Origin: Yuukianura sp. NJ FZ-2021
Lineage: Eukaryota
Assembly (NCBI GenBank): GCA_046563655.1
Contig: CM102286.1
Coordinates: 3,534,001-3,598,000 of the forward strand
Direction: 5' to 3'
DNA: 64,000 bases
Under the pieces are notes generated by a model. That model saw only the letters and a list, made by a program, of their open reading frames with translations, was not told the DNA's origin and did not search any database. Positions 12,123-24,200 of this stretch are shown here, one piece after another (within the stretch, counting starts at the first letter, position 1; every line of letters starts with the position of its first letter). A program made the translations under genes and the position numbers.

Positions 12123-13971
12123 ATGGACTCCGAATTAGGTGAACCGAATCTAACTGACAACGCGTTAGAACAGTCGCAGTTTTTGAAACACGCAAAAACT
12201 GAAAACTTGCATTATGAAGACAAGAATCCAATAAGCTTCGTTTCTTCGGATCCAGGCCCGCGAATTGTGGATTTCAAGCAAAGTTCAGGTCACAATGGAA
12301 AACATTTTTCAAAAGAGTCCCGGGCATCAGCATGGCGACGGTTTCAAGGGTTCTTGCTGACGATGATTCACGTAGTGGCTTTCAGTTCTGCAGGCCTCAT
12401 AGCAAAACTTCTTTTCCACTACCATCCACTTACACTGACAGTTTTCAGATTTCAAGGTCACAATTTTTTTTCAGAACGAATAATTGTTGATTTACTCGAA
12501 ATTTTGAAATTCGACGATTTTTTTACACCAACTACAGTGTAATATTTTGTTTTAGGTATATTCATTCCTTCGCTACTTATGATAATAATAAGTGACTACC
12601 GTGAACGACGCAAGCCAGAAGATGATAGAAACCAAGTTTTGAATTCTGTTTGGCCGCCAAACCAAAATGGAAACTGGAAACGCCTTTCTTATTTATGTGT
12701 ACGATTACAATAATAAGAAATGTTCTCGTTCAAATTTATTATGCAGTTGGAGTGTTTTCTGTTCGTCAGTAATAAATACTGTTTAGGGTCAAGCATTCAC
12801 TGGATGCTGCTCAGTGACGCTTCTGATGTACTCGCTCGGATACATTCAACTTGGCGATACGCTTGTGATCCAAGGAGCTGCACCGGTATTGCCGATTCAT
12901 TATTTTTTTTTCAAAGTTGAGATTTTTTTAAAACTCCCAAATTGCTGTTTTAAACAGATTTTCACAAATCTGTTAGCTTATTTTCTGCTTGGTGAACCAA
13001 CCGGTGTTTTTCCAGGTACAAAATAAATTGTTCGGAAAGTCTAAGAAAAAAGTTACTAAAGCTGTTCCTTCTACACAATTTTAGTGTGTTTAGCATTGAT
13101 GAGTATTCTCGGTGTTGGAATCATAAGGTATATATTTTAAACTGCTATTACTGCTATTTTATAACGTAGTAAATTCGTTTGAGTTTTTGAAGCAATACAA
13201 CTTTTTAACAGCCGTCCACCTCTCCTAACCGGAGAAGAAGAATTTAATGCAGACGTTTTGGTAATATTTTGTCACACAAGAGTTTACAAGAATACATTTC
13301 TACAATTAAAAAAATTTTCATCAACAATTTTGTGTATTTGTAACAGATAGGTTGTCTTTTTTCCGTGGGAGCGATGCTACTTGCAGTAGTTTGTATTGTC
13401 AGTATGCGTTACTTGAAGGATGTTCACGTTGCGTTGATCACCTTTTCTACCGGGGCCCTAGGAACATTTCAAAATTTGACTCTGGCGGTGCTATTTGGTG
13501 TTTTTCAATTGCCCTCTGACCTCAAAGACATTTCGCTAACATTGTCATTGGCAGTTTTAATTTTTACTTCGCAGGTAATGAAATAATGAAAACAGAAACA
13601 GGAATTTTGATAAGTTTGTTTTCATGTGTTGGATTTTTAAATAGACCTTTCTAACAATTGCGCTGAAACGAGAGGAGGCAAGTCCAGTAGTGCTGTACAG
13701 AACAATGCAGTGTGTCGTAGGATTCGTTCTGCAAAAAATTTTCTTAGACATTCCAGCCGACATTTACAGGTACTCAGGCTATGTTTAGTGTAATTTTCTA
13801 TAATTACCTCAGTATAAATTTTTAAACAATATTTTATGTTTTGAAAAACGCAGCGTGTTGGGAGCTTGCCTAGTTATCTTTGGAGTACTTGGAACAATTG
13901 TGAGAAATGAACTGAATTCACTTCCCAGAGATCACATGATGCGTCAAAAACTTTGGTTTATGCTCAAATAA
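12123..13971 (+). CDS. SLC35G/EamA-family transporter, tandem copy 2 (multi-exon)
   Basis: Paralogous exons to copy 1: WRRFQGFLLTMIH, YSLGYIQLGDTLVI, FTNLLAYFLLGEP, RPPLLTGEEEF. Confidence 0.8.
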
Positions 13972-14281
13972 CTTCGGATCGTCCATACGTTACATACCAA
14001 AATCACACGAGACTGCATAAAAAGTTCTAAATTTCATATAAAGCGAAGATCTTTCAAAATTAAACAATCTGCATTGACAATTTGTTGTTTGTAAGATTAA
14101 AACTAAAAGGAATTGGCGTCATTTGAATTGTTGTTATTACTAAACTTTGAACTGGTGGTGATTGAAAAGTGCAAATTCGCATTATTGACGACTCGTGCGA
14201 TTTGGATTTCTAGGTAACAGATTAAAGTCTGCTAGATATGAAATGAATTGAAAATATTGACAAATACGTGACAAGTTTTGA

Positions 14282-14288
14282 TATAAAA
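14282..14288 (+). promoter_or_regulatory. Candidate TATA box of the secreted C2 gene
   Basis: TATAAAA about 90 bp upstream of the ATG at 14376. Confidence 0.35.
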
Positions 14289-14375
14289 TAGAGCAGAAAC
14301 ACTGAATTAAGCAACAGTGTTTGTTTTTCAGCTATCAACTTTAGTTCACAATTTTTAAATTCCCCATTGCTAAAA

Positions 14376-15000
14376 ATGGGTTTCAAACTATCCGCTTTTA
14401 TTGGGCTGGCAATTCTTGCTACCGTGAATTGCGTAAGCGTCTCTTTTTCAGGAAGGTACTGTGAGGCATTGCTTGAATTTTTTACGATTTTAAAACGTGT
14501 TTGAAAGAAATTTGGTTTTGCTTCCTCCAGAAATTTGCCTGCTATGGATATATTTTATGGTGCTCCTGATGCATACATCAATATCTACTATGCTCCTAGC
14601 TCTGCTCAGCAGTACCAACTTATTGGAAACACCAAAGATATTTCAGATAACAACAATCCGGATTGGCCAGAATTGTTTGAAATTCCAAACAATGGTGGAT
14701 CAACTCAGGTATGAAATGCTTAGTACCTTTTTTCATGAAAGTACTTCAAAAATTTATCGTAGGAAACACAATGACAATTGAAATGACTTGTTTGTTTTTG
14801 TCTAGTTGGTGAAAATTGATATGTACGACGCCGACTCTCCAGATTCCGACGACTACATGGGTTATGTAGAGCTCACACTCATGGAAATTATTAATGACCG
14901 CGATGGACTTTTGACTTTGAATTTGACTGGTGGAAATCCTGGTGGCGGTCAACTCCTCATCAAACGGCTTTCGAGAACAAACATAAATAATTTAATTTAA
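14376..15000 (+). CDS. Small secreted stand-alone C2-domain protein (150 aa; exons 14376-14455, 14531-14708, 14806-15000)
   Basis: Phase-consistent GT-AG splicing gives MGFKLSAFIGLAILATVNC-VSVSFSGRNLPAMDIFYGAPDAYI...NNNPDWPELF...VKIDMYDADSPDSDDYMG, the C2 consensus with its Ca2+-ligating Asp positions. Confidence 0.85.
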
Positions 15001-15732
15001 AGCTGTTGGAATTTAATGTTAAAGTTACTTTTCAATTAATTCCAATGTAGTATCAGTAGGTCTAACGAAAACCATTTTATACAAAATAAAAATTCTGAAA
15101 GAACTTAAGTTTTAGTACCGTTTAGACTACCTGCAGGCCGCATAGTATCACGTACTCCGACATTTTGGCTACAACCTGTTCAACATACAACGAATAGCGA
15201 TTAAAACAGTTCGGAAAGGCGTGAAACGGTTACAAAGTTTATCAGTTTTTACTTTGTTTTTGGTATATAAGCTGTTTCTGACGGTAAACTGTCCCATTGC
15301 AGTAAATTTCCATTCCCGATACCTTCGCTCGGCTTCACCCTAAAGCAAAATTTGACAATTATTACCGTACGAATTGCATCTTTCCGTAGCGACTGTTTTT
15401 GAATTCATGTACAAGTTATGTAATTGTTCATCTGATGGAGCTACACTGGCAAGAAAGTCCTAGTTCTACCTCCTAATTTCAAAATAGGAGTGGAAAGTTG
15501 GATACGCAAAAGGAGTTGTTAAATTGTAATTACAACAGAGGTCATTTGGTCAACTGTAATCAAGCAGCCCATCAAAAACGCTATTAGTAAATGCGGACCA
15601 AGTCCAAGGTCATCCTCTAAATGTCATTTAACTCTGACTTCGAGTCTTGCTACTGATATTAGTCTTTTTGTTTTCACTTCGCAGTAGAATTGTGCAATAA
15701 TCCAGTCCTAACTTGAAGGACGGCGCGACACA

Positions 15733-17201
15733 ATGGAACGAATAGTTAATTCAGTCACCGCAAAAACTCTGGCAACTGTTTCGGCGGCTGTCGTTTCTAC
15801 TGGAATTTTGTCCGTTGTAATCGGAAAATTTATGCAATGTCAAATCGGTGGTACAGACAAAACAAAACCAAAGAAATGGGTACGTGTCGGAAACGTTTCA
15901 AAACTGATCTTGTATCCTGTCAAGTCATGCGCAGGAGCAGAGTTTTCGGAACTAGAAGCCACGGCCATGGGACTTAAAGGTAAAACTTTTCACGTAAATT
16001 TTCTAATTTAGTTTATGTATTACCTACGTTGGGTTGACTTTTGAAATTAGTTTAAAGACATTTATATCGAATTGAATTTGAAATAATATGAGTTAAGTTT
16101 TCAGTTTTCGATTTTCGCAGGTCCTGGATCCGTCGCGTTGCGCGATCGTATATTCCTCGTGGTCGACTACAAATATTCGTGTCAACAACAACGTATTATT
16201 CCAAAAATGGGTTGGATCCAAGCCGAGGTCAAAGGTCAGGAAGTTACACTTTCAGCACCCGAGACCAGCCCGATCACTTTTCCAATTCCGGAAAACGTAC
16301 TGGCAAACAAAAGATCTTGCCGGTATTTGCTCAAAATTCATAAGGTTCGTTTTTATTTTAATGAAATTCTTGCTTAAAAAAACTTTTTACGCAGAATTTG
16401 GGACGATCATGTCCGAGAAGTGTTGGACTGTGGAGACGAAATTGGAAAGTGGTTGGACACATATTTTGGAGGAACAGGTTACAGACTTGTGTACCACGCT
16501 GTAGATCACACACAACGCGTTCCATCCGCTTTGGAAAAAAGATTCCCGCAATTCGTTCCTGAGCATAAGGCATGTACTTGGACAAAATCGTAACAATTTT
16601 TCTAACATTTTTTACGAAAAAAGCTGTGATTTTTGTGTTTGATTTGCTGATTCAGGGTTCGTTTCAAGACGTCACATCTTATATGATGATGACCGAGGAG
16701 TCGATAGCCGAAGTGAAAAAAACTTTGCCAAGTGGCAGCGCAGTAACGTATAAAAACTTCCGCCCTTCAATAGTCATACAAGGTGTATCAGAACCATTTG
16801 CTGAGGAGTTGTGGAGTTACGTCCGAATCGGTTCTGAAACAGGACCGATTCTAAAAGTTACGCAGCCATGCGCACGCTGTCGGCTGACGACGATAGATCC
16901 TGATACAGCACAATTTGACCCTGAAGGACAACCGCTCAAAACAATTGTCGCGTTAGTCGATTTTTACATTTCACTGAAGCGTATTTTCTTAATATACTTT
17001 ATAAACGTATACTCCTTTTTTCTTGCTTAGCACTAAAATAATTCATAACTTATGTTTTTTAGACTGGAGAAGCGAAGTGTTGGCGACGAAGTGGTTGACA
17101 AATTAATTAAAGATGACGGCATCCTTGGAATTCATCTCGGGCTTTACCAGGAAGGAAGTACAATCAAAGTTGGAGATCCTGTTTATGCAGCATTGCTGTA
17201 A
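15733..17201 (+). CDS. MTARC: Mitochondrial amidoxime-reducing component (mARC/MOSC-domain), copy 1
   Basis: N-terminal anchor, LILYPVKSCAG, LRDRIFLVV, DCGDEIGKWL, NFRPSIVI, PCARCRLTTIDPDT. Confidence 0.9.
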
Positions 17202-17627
17202 GGAAGCAAGACTAAACCCGAAATTGATACTTTTAACATTTAACACTCAATTAAATTGGAGTAGTAGGAGACAATTTGATGTCATTAGAATCGGAGTTGA
17301 CAAATTTTTTAAACTAGAGAAACCGTACACTCATGCTCGAATAAATTCGTCGTCAGACTTTCCAAATTGATTGTCTCGAGAAGGTCATTTTACTTAAAAT
17401 TTCATCCTTTTGTTCTACTCTACGACATATGATGTTCTTTTGTCCCGCCTCAGGCATCTGCCAAGCACGTTTTCCATCCTTAGCTCAAGTAAGTGCTGCA
17501 TGTAAACCTCAATGAGTTCAAGGAGTTTGCAAATGCAAAGACAAAGAAGTAAAGAAATTGTCTGACATCGCAATTTTTTCATTTTATAATTTAAATTTTC
17601 CATTGATTTGTTGCTTTACTTGTTCAA

Positions 17628-19067
17628 ATGGATAAAAATCTTTGTTTAAACATAGTGAAAGTTGGCAGTGCAGTTACTGTCGCAGTCGTTTCTGTTGGAT
17701 TCATTTCATGTGCGATAAGGAAAATCGTTGGAAGGAAGGCAAAAGATGAAAAATTTAAACCGAAACGATGGATTCGTGTTGGCAGTGTCAGTAAATTAAC
17801 CATTTACCCAGTCAAGTCTTGTCAAGGAATTGAACTTCCAGAAGTTGAAGCCACACCCATTGGACTTAAAGGTACGCAGATAAAACAAAATCTAAAAAGG
17901 AGGTCCAAAAAATTGCTTTAAGTTGAGTTTTGAAAAAAACATGCACTTTTACATTGGTTTGTTTCGATTATTCTGGCATAGTACATAATCAATGAAAGTT
18001 TAATTTTTTCAAATGCAGGGTTGAATTCAGATGCTTTACGAGACCGAATTTTTATGGTAGTAGACTATCGCTATGGTTTTCAAACTCAGCGAAATTTGCC
18101 AAGACTGGCTCTTATCAAAGTGGAGGTCAAAGGTGACGAAGTGACACTCAATGGTCCTGGGATGCACGACTTAACAATTTCTGTGCCTGAAAATATATTG
18201 AAGAACAAGCGGTCATGCCGGTGTGTCATCAAAAATTATGCACTAGTATTCGATATTTTAGAGAATTTAGAAATTTACAAAAATTAAAATTCTGATTCAA
18301 AGTTAACTTTGTTTTATATAATTTTAAACAGTGTTTGGGATGATCATGTGCGTGAAGTATTGGACTGTGGAGATGAAGTTGGGAAGTGGTTGGACACGTT
18401 TTTGGAAGGAACTGGATATAGATTAGTTTACCATTCTTTGGCAAAGACTCAAAGAAAACGAACTCCTATTCAAGAGCAATTTCCAATGTTTTTTGCACAA
18501 GACAAAGTAAGTTACGCAAGGTCAAAGGTCAGCTAACCTTCTTGTGTTTTATTAAGTTTCTTTTCAGGGTGCCTTTCAAGATCAAACATCTTATATGCTT
18601 ATGGCAGAAGAGTCAATAGTCAATTTGAACGGAATGTTAAAAAATAAAGTGACACATAGGAACTTCCGCCCGTCGATTCTGATTCACGGCATTCCGGAGC
18701 CATTTGCAGAGGATTTCTGGGGTTACGTGAGAATTGGATCCGAAGGTGGACCGATACTGAAAACAGCTAAACCTTGCACTAGATGTCGCCTCACAACGGT
18801 CAACCCAGACACTGCAGAATTTGACCCCGAAGGTCAACCATTGCAGACGCTGGTGGAGTAAGTTTAAAAAAACACTTTCTCGGCAAATGTGGTCTGCTAT
18901 ATTTTCTAATTTTGTTTTTGATTTCCGGTAGCATGAAACGGAATTTTGGTGACAGTGTTGTGGATAAACTGGTAGACGAAATGGGAGTAATTGGAATTCA
19001 ACTGGGTCTTTATCAAGCCGGAAATCCAATTCGTGTTGGAGACGCCGTTTATGTTGCCCTTTTGTAG
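17628..19067 (+). CDS. MTARC: mARC/MOSC-domain protein, tandem copy 2
   Basis: LTIYPVKSCQG, LRDRIFMVV, DCGDEVGKWL, NFRPSILI, PCTRCRLTTVNPDT; same exon layout as copy 1. Confidence 0.9.
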
Positions 19068-19571
19068 TTTTTATTCACATTGTTACGAAAACTGAAAACT
19101 GAAAAACACTATTATTAAGCTGAAAAATTGAGCATTTTTTAACTGCATCTTTTCTTTAATTTTCATTACGAGAATATTCGGTGGCTATTCAATTGTTTAC
19201 TCATTTTCTCATTGAGTAGATTTATATTGTACGGTTTTAAGCGTTGTTTACTTTCAAGTTCTTTATCACAGCCAAAATCTATTTTTTAAGCTAAGTATTT
19301 GTGCTTGTAAATTTCATGATATGAAAATTGTACCTGGATGTAAAAACAACTTTTAACCGTGGTAGAAAGAATTTTTGAAAAAGCACGAACATGTTCTACC
19401 TTCTTTCTATTACACTGCAACATTTTTATCTAACAATTCCATTCAGTGTTAAATTTCTTGAGTTCGGTGTTTTGCCATTTCACTCAATACTGACGCTTTA
19501 AGAGTGCCGAAGTCACCAAAGATTCTAAAAAGATCCAAGGTAGAATATTGCCTAAGTCACGATTTTCGAGA

Positions 19572-20795
19572 ATGAAACCTATTTTGGATTTCCTGTTGCA
19601 TACAATTGATAAGGTGCATCGTAATTACCAATGTCCGCTGAAATGGAGCAAACGTCGTCAGTATTTCATACTGGATGATACGAAACGATATCAGCGCATG
19701 TCTTTTGCTATTTTAATTTTCGACATCTTCACTGCAATCCTCTGCTCTATTTCTGCCTGGATCAACTATTCAGCTAACCTGAGTCACTTTTTGTCGCTGA
19801 TGCTTCTGGGCTCAGTGTGCTCGATGTGCCTGAGTATCAGTCAAGATTGGAATAGCCACTGCAACGGAAAGTATTGGCAACAACTCATGAACATTTTCTT
19901 TTTTCTTCATAAGCAAAATGGTGAGATTTTACTTTGAAGAATTACTTTAGCTAGATGTAAGTATTTAACTACTAATTACCCCGCAATCAAATATTGTGTA
20001 TTTACAGGGAACAAAGGAACCTATGTCCAGGAATCTGTATTCCTCTTGCGATTTATGAAAGCATTGTCTGTTGGAATCAATATTTCCGTGCTGTGTTATA
20101 CAGTATCAACAGAAATTACTTTGTTCAACGACACCAGATTACTGATTGAAGTGATGCTGCGTACAATTGGTACTCCAAATGATTCTATCCTTTGGTTTTG
20201 TTTGGTAAATTCTATAACTTTGGCAAGTGGGGCTTGGTTTGCTCTTCAAATGTACCTCATTGTCTACAAATACACTGTGCAATTACTGATTGTAATTGTG
20301 TTCAACGATGCTTTACATTTCCTTCTTTCAAAAATTCGGTTGCTAGACAGACTTCAAAATTTTAGCATGCATGATGAGGTACATTACTACAATACCGTTC
20401 ACATTATTGTCAAAATTTTGAATGACTATGAACTGCTACCTTTTTGTTTAGTAATTGCAACGGGTTGTGTAACTTGTTCAATTTACTTTTCACTTTGCTT
20501 TTTCATTGGGCTCTCAAAAATGAGCTGCATTTTTCTTATCGCAATTATTGTGCTTTTCACGTTAAACTTCTCTTTGACTGCTGCCGCGTCAATTCACTCT
20601 CTTTCCGTAGAATATATTCAGCAACTTTTAACAATGGAATTGAAACTGAATGACCGTCGAATGGTTAGTTCGCTAAGCACTTGTTGCTTCAACTGTGGAA
20701 CACTCAACTACGTAGACCGTGGAATGGTATTCACAGTAAATGAGAACATCATAAACGCTGTAGTTACAATACTCCTGACCTTGAAAACATTGTAA
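19572..20795 (+). CDS. Gustatory-receptor-like multi-pass (7TM) chemoreceptor (intron 19921-20007)
   Basis: Two phase-matched exons give ~380 aa with about seven hydrophobic segments and a GR/OR-like C-terminus (CFNCGTLNYVDRGMVFTVNENIINAVVTILL). Confidence 0.6.
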
Positions 20796-21250
20796 GCGTT
20801 GTAACCGCGGTAAACATGACGGTATGAACAGTAACAGAAATACGTGGCCTGGTATAGGTATAATTAAATATAAAAACACAGTTATATAGTTGCATTACTG
20901 TTGACAGTTTAGTTAATTACTAGTATAAAGCTCAGTATTTTTAAATCCATATTTATTTGGATTGAACATAGAAGCATTACTTCGGCTACATTTTTTTCTC
21001 TACGTTACACTATTCACAACTTTTTAACTTAATTTAACCACATAAAACAATGCCGTTAACATGTGTAATGTATGTAAGCCCTATTCTCATACTTAAACTA
21101 GTATAAAACCTCAAATTTTACCTGTAATAATTTTAATTTTACAAAACTTGTCATAGACTAAATTAATTGGAGAAGCCAGCATAGCTAAAGCTGTTCAGCG
21201 AATTGTTGAGGTAAAGCAATGGTGGTTATAAATACATTGATATTCACATT

Positions 21251-24200
21251 TTAAATGAGGGATCTTCTGTTGTGAGCTGTACTAGCTACGAAGTCTCTTG
21301 GCTGCTGAAAATGGACATTTTCATTGGTCTCTGAAGTGATGCTTACAACGGCATCGTCATCATCATCTGACCTAGAATTTAATTTCAGGTGTACAGCAAT
21401 AGGTTGCTGAATTATAATTATAATAGTACTTTTACTAGGTAATATTAGTGTTACGATAAATCGTGATTCTTTCACCATTTGTTTTCTTGCATTTTCGAAA
21501 TAAATACCGCGCACTTTTAACTTGATCAAAAATTAATTTGATTTTAGTTACCTTTCATAAATTGGATTGGCCATGGAAGTATCGACGTTCTCGACGCTAA
21601 CAGCATGGTTCTGGAAGGTCCTAAGCATTGGCCTTCTGGTGGAGCCTATATTGGCATAGTTCATGTCACTGTCACTCCTTCCTAATGGCGCTGCTGTTGC
21701 AGAATCTAAAGTCAAAAGGAGTTTTGTTCACTCTTTCAATTTTTCATCCTTGTTCAAACTTCTTGGCACTATGTAAATTTTAATGTACCGGGATTGTAGG
21801 TGTGATTTCTGTTCAAGTTCATATCTACATGTAGATCAGATCCGTTGTCAGCGTCATCTACATTGACACGCATTTGCAGTACCTGTAATTTAAGAAATTC
21901 AACACAACACATGCATTAAGCATAAACATAGATTTCTATATGTTTCTTAGCTTAGCGAGTACGTACTTCGTTATGGACGTATTTCGCAACTTAAGGAAAT
22001 TTGTGAACTTTGAACTTTGCTGTTTTCTTAAAAGTTTAAGCCATTCGTCCTAATTTAAAAAAAATCTTTACCTGTGTTTCGTACTGTTTTAAACTTGGAC
22101 TTCTGCTGCTGTCCACATAGAACGGTTCATAGCGCGGGGAAACTACGAATCTTTGAACTTGATTCTTGTACGCCGTGTACCTCGACCATTTGTAGCACAC
22201 GAGGCTAATAGCTACCAAGCTAACGATGAAGATCAATCCAGCTAAAGCTACAAGTGCCGCTGGAAATGGCGCCCATTCTTGTTCAGCCAACAACGGACCA
22301 ATGGGAGCCGGTTGTGGCGGAGCTTTCAAAAGCGGTTTACGAACTTCTCGAACACGCACGCTCAGTTTACTTGAAACAAAGTATGAAATGGACTTGATTC
22401 CTTCTGGACTTAGAATTTTTTCTGAAATTTTAGGACTGTCTCGATCCAAAATGTAGTCACTGACAGGGTCAACTGCATAGAACCAAACGTCTGTAACCGT
22501 GTAATCAGTATCTGCTGTTCCGTTTGAATGAAAATAGTGATGCGGAGTAATTTTTTCAATTCCAATGATAAAATTGGAAATTTCTTGAATGATTTCAATA
22601 ATTTCGAGCTCTCGAACTTTGGCCTTGTCTGGTGTAATTCCGTCCATTACGAGGATAATTCGATGACCTGAGGTAATAACGTTGATGACGACTGGCATTT
22701 GAGATGATTGTGGCATGCTGCCGGATGCTGTTGCGGCTGTTGGAGTGTCGCTGGCGACGACAGTAACGCGAAACGGTAAAAGTGCTGGAGCCACGTTTTC
22801 TGTTGATCGAATGTTTGTAACGATTCCAGATTTGGGGTCAATTTTGAAGTAAGAGGTTGAAAGTGAGTTTTCAGAATCCAGTTCATATCGAATGTCGCCA
22901 AAAAGTCCACTATCTGCATCCATTGCCTGGAAAATTTTGATTTTTCAAGAATACAACCAAATTTCGTGAGCACGGAATGTAATAAGCGCATGAGCAAGCA
23001 CAGGAAACTCTGAATAGCATACCTGAATTTGCATCACGGCTGTCCCGATTTGAGCATCTTCGGAAATTGCCCCATAAAGTTTTTTCCCACGCCCAACTTT
23101 TTGATGCTCCGGCACTACAAATTCGGCTTTGTTGTCGTTTTCATCCAGAACTTTGATTTTGACCTTGGAATTTCGATTTGTAAAGATTAAGGTGTTTGTA
23201 AGCCTATATTCTTCGGTATTTAACTAGTCTTACATTTGAAAATGAACGTTTCTTGCTTATCACGCCCGGTAAAGTGACCAAGTGAACTTGAATTTCATAT
23301 TTTTTGACGCGCTCGAAGTCAAGATTGGGTCGCACTAGGCTGAGGAGACAGTTTCTGTCTTTCGTCGTCGTCACTTCAAACAATTCTAGTGGAAATCAAT
23401 TCAAAAATGTTATTCTCTGAAATTTTCAAAATCTGATTAAAAGTTTTTTTTTGAAGAATTACTCTCTTCATTGCCAGTTCGGATTTCACAACTAATGGGA
23501 ATTAGTTCATTAGGTTTGTTTACAACCACAAGTTCCTTGATGACTTTTCCAGCGACTGCGCTTTCGGCCACCTCAACAGTGTAGTCAGTATCTGCAAATC
23601 CAACACCAATATCCGGTGGTAACGTAGCAACATGATCTACATGCACTTTCACTGTTGCTACTTGGTCCAGCGACGGTTCTCCTAGGTCGTAGGCTCTTAT
23701 GTCCAACTGTAGATTTTTTCAAAATAGAATTTCAAAAAATCGGTTTTTTTAAAATCCTCAGTTTACACCTTGATATTATACTAACTTGATACTCCGTATC
23801 CATTTCTTTTCTCAAATCATCTTTTACAGTTAGCACTCCCGTGTCCGGATGAATTTCAAAGTATCGATACGCTTTCCCTCGTCCAATCAATTCGTATTTC
23901 ACCTATGAAATCATAATTAACACTTTTGAAATAAAATAAATTTCAAACTAAAAATCAGATGTAATTTAAAAACTTATAAAATTTTACTAAAAATGCATTG
24001 AAATCGATTTAAGAAAGAATGCTTTGCTAGTTTTACCTTATTTCCAGGCGACGTACCATCGGAGTCAACTGCCTGAAGTTGAGTCAGAACAAACCCAATG
24101 TGTGCTGTGTCTTCTATTCTGATTGGCCTCGGAACAATACTGAATACTGGCGGAATCTAAAAAAAACATTAGTACTTCATCTTAGTTCTTAGGTCAAAGG

